From Sarea resinae (taxonomy: Eukaryota): a DNA stretch of 20,000 bases. Below, in pieces: positions 9,952-20,000 of this stretch. The translations under genes were made by a program, and so were the position numbers. The stretch spans positions 294,249 to 314,248 of the forward strand of contig JAPEUD010000021.1 of assembly GCA_026026165.1 (NCBI GenBank), in the 5' to 3' direction. The notes beneath the pieces were generated by a model that saw only the letters and a program-made list of their open reading frames with translations, was not told where the DNA came from and searched no databases. Within the stretch, counting starts at the first letter, position 1, and each line of letters opens with the position of its first letter.

Positions 9952-12900
9952 CTGTGGGCGATCATCCTTTCGTCGAGAAGACCAAAGGGCATTAATCGAG
10001 ATTGCATGGCCTTGTCCATCGTCCGCCAGAGAAAGAGCTTTTCGTTCTGCACTTTTTTTTTTGTCACCATACGCTTTGTTCTCTTTTTTTTTTCAACGGT
10101 TCTTACGGTCATCATTTGCCGGCTTTTCGGGCGATTTAGGGCTCTGGATTCTTTTTGGTGCAAGGGCGCGGGGCGGTTGCTTTTCGAATACGAGATACCA
10201 AGATACCCGAGGATAGGATAAGCGTTACAGTAGTCCGCTCTCTCTCTTCTGCTTCTTATTATTACTGTTGTGGTGGCTTCCAATGTCATAATTTCCAATT
10301 CCGATTACTGAATCAGATGCTTCGTTCCCTTCGGTTCTGAACCCGTGCCGCGCCTTGCCTTGGCTGGTTGCCTGATGTGTAGTCTGTCCTGCAGCCTGCA
10401 GGTTCCATCATGCGCCCATGACCAGGCAATGTTCATCTCTTTTTTTTTTCCAATTCTTCCCGTTACTTATTTCCCCGTCGCTTGGCAAAACGGTTTCGGC
10501 GCTCCAGACTTGACCAAAAATCGAACGCCACAAGCGCTCTCGCCTCCCCCAACAACTTACGCTTTGCCACTGAATTCTGCAATCTGCAGGCCGGCACGGG
10601 AGGGGCCAAGGCGGGGAGTGTTATGAAATTCTTCACGGACCTTCTGAATGGGCGAATGGAGGGACGGAGGGACGGAGGGATGGATATGCTTGTTGCCCCG
10701 CCCTGCCCGACCATACCTGCCGCACACTGCCCGCTGCCCGCTGCCCGTAAGTATCAGATGCATCCATGATGTATGTAGGTAATATATATGTAGGACCTTC
10801 CCTTCTCCCCCAATAGCAATACCGATGAGAAGGCCAAGAATATCATTTACGTATATTCTCTATGATAGATCTGGAAATTTGGTAATTTTTCCGTCCTCGC
10901 CAAGCTATTGGTTGGCGGGCCAGAGTCGATCTTGCAGATCAGGAATATTTGCCCTGGCGAGATTATTACTGGAGCTGCGGTGCTAGTGGTGGTGGTCGTT
11001 GATCGTGTGGATCAGATGCAGTTGTACGAGGTACTCTTTACTCGGTCTTCGTACGAAGGATTCGTACTCTGCTGCAGGAAAATGCCTGCCCAGGTACGTG
11101 ATGTATACAGTCGACGGGCCTGTTACTCCACTCTATTTCTGAGTACTATATGGGAAGGCAAACTGGATCGACCGGTCGCAAGGACTATCATCATCATCGA
11201 CTGGACACGTTTTCTTTTCTTTTCACTCCCGTCGATAGATGATGGATCCGACCTGTCGGGCACCGATAGACCGACAGATGGACAGATGGGGAGACGGGAC
11301 AGGTATTTAGACTGCGAATCGCCTCCTACTACTACTCCATCGGGACTAAACGATCGATAGGTACGACTCAGGGATCGTGATGATCATTACGATGGTTGAG
11401 ATGACGGTGTCTGAAACTTCATTTCAAGGCAGTCCCAATGTCAATCTACGAAATGTGGAAATAATATGGGTAAGGCTACAAACACGATACGCTGCACGGT
11501 CGTCATCGTCATCGTCGTCGTCGTCGTCGGTGCATCTGATTATTATCCCATTTCGCTTGGGGAGTTTCGCAGGCCGCTATTTCGTTCTTAGTTCTGACCG
11601 TACGGATTGACTGTACATATGCTATTGGGATGGATTGAGCCAACGATAATCAAGTGTTTCTTTTCTGCTCTCTTCTCCAGGGCATAGGATGTGATGGCCG
11701 AGCGATCCATGCCGTTAGACCGACATCTTTCTGTCTGTCTGCCCGTCTGTCTGTCGCCTTCCTCCCCGTCACTACGGAGATGGGCCTTGGCCCCCAAACG
11801 AAGGGCTTAACCACGAGTGTTTAGCCTTACGAGCTTCGTGGAGTTTGCCATGCCTCGGCGCAGTCATTCATGGCCATGTTATGGGATTCAAAATGACGAT
11901 CTCCTGCGACACTACTCCGTATTATCTCTGCATCGCCAAGGCTACAGCAGCAAGAAACGTTCATGGATGACTCGGCTAGGTCCGTGTCCAGTCTACTATG
12001 GTACATACTCACTTCCCCTGATTTTTCGTAGTATCCATGTCCTCACGCGCGCACGGCACACTGTTTGAATATCAATGGATGGCATGGTCCAAGTGCCTGG
12101 AGCGAAGAGACTTGCGGGAGGGGAGGCAAGGATAAACGACAGGATTGATAGGAACAGGAAAGGGCAAGATGCATGCACACGAGCAGCCCGAGGTGCCTTG
12201 GTTGTCTAGCTTGTCGGTCGTGCAGCGCATGAATGCGGGATAAGGGCAAAGATGCTGTCAACACACCACGATCATGGCTATGCCGAAAGCGTGGTTGGGG
12301 GCTTCTTTGGGCCGAGGGGCCTATTCCCTTTCGGTTGTGCGGTAGCCCCTGTCGTTTGTTGACCTTTACTCGTTTATCAGCCGTTCGGCCCCGGAGGCAT
12401 TACGATCCCTGCGCTCTAAGGCAAGGTACCCGCGATCCCCTTTACTGGTGCCTTTTCGCTGACCTACGATGCCCATGGAGCTCGCTCTAGTCAGCTCAAT
12501 CGAAGTGGAAACTAAGGGCGTTGTTCGTGACGTATCATACGGCTAAGAAGTCCGAAGTCACTCATGCTACGAGATCCGATATTTCCATCTGCAATGTCAT
12601 CTCTCCTCACCGCTTGGCTGCCAGCGGAGAAAGCCTCGTTCAATATTCAGGGTGCTTGGTATTTCCGATATGCTTCGAGAAAAACAACGCTTACAGAAAG
12701 ACTAGACGACAGCCCATGTCCTCGGGGCGCGGACTATGAGGGTAAGAAGGAAAAGTGATTGCAGATCACTCCAGCATCTCTGTGCTCCGTGCCCCTGGGG
12801 TCGGTTCTGGACCTCGGTACCCTTTTTGTACTTCTGCTTCTCGTATGCCGGAAAGGTTCGACAAGATCATCCTGGACGGCCGATTCCCATTTAGGGCAGC

Positions 12901-13728
12901 TAAGGATGATTGCCAAGGTCCCGAACAGTGAGCCCACATCGGCCCGACGTTCGTTTAGGGATTACTTCGGTCTATGACTATGCCAACTCAAGATAGCCAG
13001 TATCAATATGGCTTGAAGAAGGATTAGCTCTCAATGCACTATGAAACGAGGCGTCGTGCTGCTTGCCCATCGGCTGCTTTCTCTCGATGGCTTTCCTTTT
13101 GTCAAGGCAGGCTCAGGCTAGACCTGCATGTCCTCAAGATTAACATTGAAGTCGGTCACCTCAGATGTCTCTTAGCAAAGCTCGCAAGCTGCAACTCTAG
13201 ACGATATCCCATTAGAGACAACTCAAACACGGAACCATGGATTTGGTGATGCAGGAGCTATATATTCCTTTTCAAACAATCCTACTGTATCTGCTGCATG
13301 AAGCTACGAGCTTATCGTTCCGAAGCCCTTGCTCAATCCCTTTTGGAAGATGACCCCGCTTACATAAAGGATCTCACTGACAAAAGTGCTGCCTGAGTCC
13401 GAATACGATAGTATGAAACTCGACTTGTGCCCTAAAGCTGCATCTGGCTCCTTGGTTGCTCTCGGCATCCGAAAATAGAAAGCTCCATTACACATCACGG
13501 CCTCCATGTGTATTCTGTCAGGCTAGGGACAGGCAGTAACTGCGACGGGATGCATGAGCAGGGGCCTAATTTATCCCTGTTCATTCCTTACCTAGGGATC
13601 TCGACAAATCTTCTGAGCACTTGCCGCAGATCACCGGAGTGAAGCCGGCTCGACGGACATGATTCTTACGATCTTGGCGAAGCTGATCGTCAGATAGCGA
13701 AGTTGCGCCCTTCGCTGGGCTGATTTTC

Positions 13729-13735
13729 TATAAGA
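13729..13735 (+). promoter_or_regulatory. TATA-like box of the secreted repeat protein gene
   Basis: TATAAGA followed immediately by a CT-rich tract, about 230 bp upstream of an ATG in strong context (CAAACATGG). Confidence 0.45.
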
Positions 13736-13959
13736 CCTTGCCTCTTTCCCCTCTGCCTCCGCTTCAGTCCTTTCCCTCAGCAAACGTCCTTCTTTCTACA
13801 ATCATATTTTTCGAATTTATTTCGATATCACATTCGTTCCAGATCTTCGGATCATCCACTCGTTCAACCAGAACTCTAATTCAAAAATCTTGCCAGCGGC
13901 TTCTTATTTGATTTTCTTCGACTTTATACCCTACTACATTATCAACAAACATCGCAAAC

Positions 13960-15150
13960 ATGGTCAGAGTTCTCTCCGCCTTGACGCTGCTCGCAGCCAC
14001 TGCTTCGGCTCTCCCCGCCGGCCAAATCCACAAGCGTTGCTTTCCTCTAGCATGGGGCAGCTCTGGTATCGAGTCTGCGTCCGGCGCCTCATCCGGCTCT
14101 GCTAGCGGCTCCGCCAGCGGCTCCGTCAGTATCTCTGGTGGTTTCTCTTCAAGCTCCTCGGGCGGCTGGTCCGAGAGCTCCTCCGGCAGCTCCTCTGGCG
14201 GTTCCTCGGGCAGCTCTTCGGGATCTGCCTCCGGCGTCTTTGCTCCCTGGACCTCAAACGCTGCCGATGGTTCCCTTTCCGGCCAGGCCTTCAGCGGTCT
14301 CGGCTCCTGCATGGGTGGCCAGTCTTCCGAGGAAGCCGGCGCCTCTGCTCTCGCTGGCGTCGCAGCCTGGCTCGGCGGCTCTGCCTGCACTGGAATCGAC
14401 GCCAGTGTCAAGTCTGCCATCCAGGGCTGGGCCGCCGGCGGTGCTGCTCTCAGTGCCAGTGAGATTGCCTACCTAAACGGATGGTTCTCCAGCCGTGGTT
14501 ATGGTAAGTAGTGGTGGCGTCCTGGCCAGCTGTATGCTCTCAGACTGATCGGTTTTTACAGCCTCCCTGGGCGAGGCCTCCACCTGTGGCGCTAAGAGCC
14601 TGGTTGAATCGTGGTTCGCCTCGGCCAAGGCCTCCCTCAGCGGCGACATCCAGACCTGCGTCAGCGCTTTCGTCGCAGGCGAAGCCGTCGCCACCGTCAG
14701 CGCCGAGGCCGTCGCATCCTTCAAAGCCTGGATTGCTGGCGAGTCTTGCACCATCACTGACCTCACCATCAAGGGTGCCCTCGAATCGTGGCTCTACGTT
14801 GAGGGTCTATTCGGTACGTGTCTACCGTTCTAACTATGCCAGATAGCACTAGCTAACACGGAGATCTATCTTCAGCGGGTGCCATCACCTCCTCAGCCGA
14901 CGCCTCCACCGCGGCCATCGGCATTGCGCAGAACGAAGTTGCCGCCTGGATCAACGCTCATGGCGGCGCGCCTACCTGCTCGTGCGAGGCCTACAAGACC
15001 GTTCTCGAGGGTTTCGTCCAATGGGAGGAGGCTTCCTCTTTCGCCTGGTCGCTGCGTCAACAGGCCGTCGCCTGGCTCTGGAGCGAGGCTTGCACGTGGT
15101 CCGAGAGCACCAAGATCACCGTCAAGGTCTGGCTCGCCGTGTCCGCTTAA
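13960..15150 (+). CDS. Secreted Ser/Gly/Ala-rich protein with three Trp/Cys-patterned helical repeats (putative cell-wall or spore-surface protein), 356 aa. Exons 13960-14503, 14562-14813, 14876-15150
   Basis: Signal peptide MVRVLSALTLLAATASA, propeptide ending in a Kex2-type KR, and an SG-rich spacer. Introns 14504-14561 (GTAAGT...ACTGAT...TACAG) and 14814-14875 (GTACGT...GCTAAC...TTCAG) give a continuous frame to TAA at 15148-15150. All three exons show a strong C-ending codon bias. Confidence 0.88.
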
Positions 15151-16576
15151 GCTTGAGTGGCATCGCGTCATAAGGTTGGCATTTCCGGTATGGGATTCTC
15201 AGCTGGGCATACAGCATTGATGAAGGGGATTTCATCCGTTTGGTTTTCCTACGGGAAGTGTGTAATGTGAGGGGGCAAAATATCACAGCGAGCTTTTTGT
15301 TACCTGATTTGCTATGAGGTCGATATGTGTGCGTTACTTTACTTTTTCAAAGGGCATATGGGGTGTAGGGCGGAAGATAATAAGATCTAGCTACTTTTCT
15401 TTAATAATACATCAAAGCTCGCACGCATGAACATGCACGACATCTCAATTATTGGCTGTTCGAACAGTATATACGATCATTGAAGTGATCTGGTGGGGTG
15501 GTGAGGAGGAAGGGTGGGTTGATTGCGCTCTTCGACTGTGCGGACTCAATTCGCTCAACAATCACCCGCAGCGGGCTTGACGTTTCCAGAACTTTTTCCT
15601 TTGAAATCGCTTCTTCCGATAGGTCGTACTTACCCCTGAATCGCCACGTTTATTTGCGCACTCGCCATGTATCCTGCGCGCCCAGGTACGCTACCACCAC
15701 CGAATAACGACACACAATTGATAATCAACAAGAGCAAGCAATAATACAGATCCGAGCCGTTCCTTGTCCGCCCTGCTCCCTCCCCAGCTACTCCGGACTC
15801 CTCTCCCCATTCTATCGTCCATCTGCGCAGTACCTATCTATCCATCGCCAAAAGTTTCCCCCCTCCGCTCCCGTTTCCATTCCCGCTTCCGCTTTCGCCC
15901 AAAACGAGAAAACACGAAACACATGGTCCGTGCGCCAGCGCGCCCGCACGCCCAACACCCCCTTTCCCGGTCGGGTCATGCCGAAAACAATCCACAGAAG
16001 CGAGAAGCCACAACGGCTCAAGGGGGGGGGGCACGTTTCAGCCTCCCCGATGCGGACAGTTGCGACGGACGGCGGACGGGACGACCAAAATACCCTGCCT
16101 ATCTTGTGCGTGCCTGCCTCGAGTAGTAAGTCTCGTACGCAGGCAGCTGTTCTGGCTGGGCGAGCGAGCCCGGGGGGTATGTATGGAGTGCTCGACTGTG
16201 CCGGAAATGCGGCGGCCCTGGTGGCTGCTGCTGCACTGGCTGGCACCATTCATCTATTTTTGGCTCGCTGGTGTTTTCTACTGTGCGGCGAGGAGGGCAG
16301 GGTTTTGTGTTATCCCCGTTTGGAGCCTGTATGGGTGTGCAAATGGTATGGGGTGAGGGGTGTCCGTTGCTATAGGCCGAGGCCGAGACCGAGATATCTG
16401 CGCGACGGACTGTGGTAAGTAAGTGGGCCGGGGTTTGCTGTATTCTTGATTCAAGATGGGTTGGGTGAGGTAGGTCAGGTGAGGTAGATGAGCAAGAGGG
16501 GCTTAAGGGTGTAGAGGGGTGGGGACGAGGTTGGATAGGAAAGTCGATGCCAGCGATAATGAATGCGGCTGCGGCA

Positions 16577-16612
16577 GTGGTGGTGGTGGTGGTGGTGCTG
16601 GTGGTGCTGGTG
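16577..16612. repeat. (GTG)n/(GTGCTG) trinucleotide microsatellite
   Basis: Run of GTG/GGT units with interspersed GCT. Other intergenic simple repeats: (TCTG)n near 11730-11753 and 16895-16911, (TCG/TCA)n 11500-11528, (GGATCTC)x3 19658-19678. Confidence 0.85.
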
Positions 16613-17599
16613 ACGACAAGAAATGGGCCAAAGTCAGGGCAGTTGCTCGATTGAAGTCCAAACACATCCAAGATTCATGAGCATTGAAGCGCTGACTCCA
16701 GTCCAACCAAGTCTGCAAATATTGGGTCTGCAAAGAGTTGAGTTCGAGGATATATCCACTTTCGGTGGCTCAATTCAGTCCAAAGACTTTTGTCTAATAT
16801 TTACGACAGCCAGCTTGAGTGAGAATTGCAACTTCATGCAGATGAGCGAGTGGGCGGGCTTCTGAAATAGGAGGATGAGTATGCCACAGTCTTTGTCTGT
16901 CTGTCTGTCTGTTTGTTTGGATCTGGAGATTTTGAGGTGAACGGGGAAGCTGGTGGTTATGGGCATTGAAGGTGATGGATTTACTGTCATCACTTCTATT
17001 TGCATCGGATCCATGGATGGAGTTCTTGCTAATATGATCTATGCATTGCTGCTCTATGCTCGCAGTGTGAGTGTGCAGGGCTCACCGCAGAATATCAAGG
17101 GTTGAGGACATCAATGGAACTCGTGAGCCATCTCATCTATACGCAGCTGGTTCACGCTGTCATCACATCTACCTGTAGCTGGCCTACTTTCCTTTCTCTG
17201 ACATGCTCTACTCTTCACCACCGCGGGACCGGATGGCCCGAACTTCTTTATACCGAAGTCGCGTAACCCAGAAAGATGAGGACTGCGGTTGAGGTCATGG
17301 GCTTGACTCTTCTGAACGAGAGGACGTCATTTGGAGATTCACTCTCGAAACCGATTATCAGAGCCAGCAAACTCCTGTACACATTCACTTCATGAACAGA
17401 TACAGCGCTCTTTTGGCCGTGGCAAAACCGAGTGAGCATGCCAGGACGTCTGCTGGAAAAACAGGGACTTTATGGACCCTCAGCCGCCTCTTCTGCATAT
17501 CCTCAGACTCAGAATCAATTCTCTTCAAACGCAATCTCCGCAGTCAAAATCACTGACAAAACAATATACTTCAACTAATCACGTACCCAAATAACCAAC

Positions 17600-18082
17600 A
17601 TGGCCTCCAACGCCTTGACATTCGAGGCCGGCGGCCTCTACATTCTAGTCTCCAACATCGGAGCAGAGAGCTACTTCCACTGGGGCCTCTACCACGCCCT
17701 CACGCCCTCGGACGGCCTGATCTCGCACCTAATCAACACGCCCCTAACCAACCACAGATGGGCATACCAGAGCAAACACAGCAGCCGCGTCTCGCACTCC
17801 CTGAACCTCCTCGTCGCGGTACAGGTAGGCGTGCTCGAGCCGGTGCTCTGGAGCGCTCTCTGCGACCGCCTAGCACGGATCTCGGTCTCGTCTTCCGCTC
17901 GGCACGGGCACATGACGTGTCGGGTCTGGGTCAAGCGCGCGCTGGAGGAACTCGATGATGAGGGTTACATCGTGTTGGCTCGGTCTGTGGACGTGGTTGA
18001 GGATGAGGCGGTTCTGATGGCGAGGTGGAATTGTTCGAGGGGAGTGAGATCGGTGCTTAGGAGTTGCGCGTGCGTGGATTGA
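17600..18082 (+). CDS. Uncharacterised 160-aa fungal protein, putative permuted papain-like (NlpC/P60; LRAT/HRASLS/PPPDE-like) thiol enzyme
   Basis: ATG in strong context (CCAACATGG) after an A/C-rich leader. Motifs LYILV...FHWGLY (H27), GLISHL (H43) and TCRVWVKRALEEL...GYI (C107) place His before Cys, as in permuted NlpC/P60 enzymes. Codon usage is C-rich at the 5' end and G-rich at the 3' end, as often seen in real fungal genes. Confidence 0.78.
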   Translation: MASNALTFEAGGLYILVSNIGAESYFHWGLYHALTPSDGLISHLINTPLTNHRWAYQSKHSSRVSHSLNLLVAVQVGVLEPVLWSALCDRLARISVSSSARHGHMTCRVWVKRALEELDDEGYIVLARSVDVVEDEAVLMARWNCSRGVRSVLRSCACVD

Positions 18083-18359
18083 GTTTTTTTGCTAATGATT
18101 GCTTTCCCAGGAGTATAGGTAGGTTGACAATCAGAGATTACTGAATGACCAGCAGACGCCTAGTGATAAAGGGATCATTTACTGAGTGGATAATCTGTAT
18201 GATTTCAAGGAAGCTGAAGTTAGTCTGCGAGGGTTCAAGCGGCCGTGACGTTGTCGAAAAACTACGTGTAACTCATGCAGAAAAGGTCTTCTCCCCTTGC
18301 TAGGCCTTCTAACCTTAAATCCAGAGCTGATATAGACTAGGCCAGATAAACAGAGATTT

Positions 18360-18670
18360 GAATTCGAATTTGTGTGATCTAATATGTTGCTTCATCCGCC
18401 TTGACTATTTTCCTTGACGTATACTCTGGTTTCTATAAGCTCGTAGGCCTTCATACACAGCATTTATTTAAAAAGCCGATTTTACACTTTTTATAGGCCC
18501 ACTATATAACATATCTCCACGTAAGTGTTTAATTGTCTCTTCTATTTAATACCCATAGCCTATCGCCGAATATTAGATCAGCAAGAATCCCCCCTCGGCC
18601 TCTAAACTCAAGAAGGATACTCTACAACTAGGACCCGTATTACGTACGCCGATGTATCTCACCTTTAAAC
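18360..18670. other. AT/TpA-rich patch with a RIP-like dinucleotide signature (possible decayed repeat or transposon relic)
   Basis: Hand count over 18421-18660: TpA about 31 vs ApT about 24; CpA+TpG about 17 vs ApC+GpT about 25; only about 4 TpG. No recognisable transposon ORF or termini. Confidence 0.4.
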
Positions 18671-20000
18671 CGCTATCACAACCCCCTCATCAGTGATCCA
18701 AAAGCGACCGCCACGTGCGCCACCACATTTGCTACCGGCGTCGCTCCTGATGCCGTCCTCGCGATCGTTGAACGCCACTGGAACGCTATCGTCATCTTCA
18801 GTCATAGATTCGGGTGAGGCCGCCAGCTAAAGGATAATCAATTTGCGCCTCAAGTGTCCATCTCGCACAGGCCGGCGCGCGCGGTAGCCCCGGCCGGCTT
18901 CCAGAGAGCCGCGGCGCGGACCGGCGGCCGTTTTACCTACCCCTTTCGCTAGGTACACAGTATCTCCCCTTGTCCCTCCATCCGCCCACCCACGCCCGCC
19001 CTTTCCCCCCCAAAACAGGCAAGCTATACCTGTCCTGCCTCCTATGTACAGCACCTTTCACGTTTCATCATCCTCAAAGCGTCACTACTGCAGCATTGCT
19101 GTTGTTGGTCCCGGCCGATGTTCCGCCTCACTGAACCGGCCCGGATCAGTTGTTCTTTTTTTGCTTTTGTGTTTGTTTTCCGTATCTTTTGTTTTCGGGT
19201 TTCTGGGGAGGACGAGGGGAGGGAAGGGTTTTGATGGTTGGGGAGACGCTTACATACAGTCTACGGACAGCCTACGGGTTATGGTAAGTATGGTAGAGCG
19301 AGCTTTATCATGATGATGAATGATAGTGTGGAGGAGTGCTTCTATTTCGAGCAATACACGGTCCATATGGATACATCTTCACCTGTTACCAGGAAGATAG
19401 AGATAACGGAGCCGCACGGACACGACAATGCGCCTCGCGCTCTTCTTGTCTTCATTGTTGCCTTCTTTAGCATTGCTTTGCCATGAAACAGATCCCCATA
19501 ACCCTCCACACACATATATAATATACCCCCCAGGATGGCATCGACCACGCCAAGTCTCAGATAAACAAAAAACCTCACAGCCCCAGCCCCCCTCCCCTTG
19601 TGGTCCTCTCATGACCCATGAACCCTCGATCCCGGACCCTTGCGTGCCCTCGGGCTGGGATCTCGGATCTCGGATCTCGGGACTTAGGACGAGAAACACG
19701 GAGTGAGGTGTGTACCAATAGAGTAGAGGATGGCAGGATGACGCGATCCGGACGTCAGAAATAGCATCGACGACAACGAAAGATAAAGTTGTTAGTCCGG
19801 TTTCCGTCCACTGGGGTTATATAGTAGTAGGGGTACAGTATTGCGTTTCAGATTCGAGCTCGTTTCCTCTTTGGGATTAAAGTAGAGTTCTGTTTTTGGA
19901 TGTCTGCAGTGCTGGATCGAGGTCGTCTGTTGTAGGGGGGGGGGAGGGGGCGCCTGTTTCACCTTGCTGGATTGGGTATCCTTGTCGTTCGGGATACCCT

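Noticed and set aside
13881..14420. 179-aa Glu/Pro-rich minus-strand ORF
   Set aside because: Antisense mirror of the Ser/Gly-rich exon 1 of the secreted protein, open because of its codon bias.
15764..16733. Several overlapping 100-190 aa ORFs on both strands
   Set aside because: GC-rich low-complexity intergenic DNA; mostly non-ATG starts, no motifs and no consistent codon bias.
17293..17556. Stop-free plus frame containing EREDVIWRFTL, faintly like an F-box/2EXR start
   Set aside because: Bounded by an upstream stop, has no suitable start, and the similarity is too short to support a pseudogene call.
18577..18600. Minus-strand RGGILAD resembling SNF2 helicase motif I
   Set aside because: Not followed by EMGLGKT and the frame closes quickly; likely chance.

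Overview
Genomic DNA from a filamentous ascomycete (Pezizomycotina-like, with short GT-AG introns and CTRAY branch points). Five protein-coding genes are supported. (1) The 5' part of a PMR1/SPCA-type Ca2+/Mn2+ P-type ATPase on the minus strand, running off the left edge. (2) A divergently transcribed RAD21/SCC1 cohesin kleisin with MCB-like ACGCGT sites upstream. (3) A 589-aa protein with an N-terminal putative Cys/His zinc module, a long disordered S/P/T linker and a C-terminal MEKK1/ZSWIM2-like C4HC3 RING that is completed only by splicing. (4) A 356-aa secreted Ser/Gly-rich protein with three Trp/Cys-patterned repeats, one per exon. (5) A 160-aa protein with the His-His-Cys layout of permuted NlpC/P60 (LRAT/HRASLS/PPPDE-like) thiol enzymes. 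The long intergenic regions contain microsatellites, many short GTAC-core palindromes and a RIP-like TpA-rich patch. I found no rRNA, tRNA, CRISPR array or intact transposon. I see no clear multi-gene novel system. The best leads are the three uncharacterised genes, possible splice-dependent isoform switches and atypical separase-site motifs in Rad21. All family assignments come from motif recognition by eye, not database searches.
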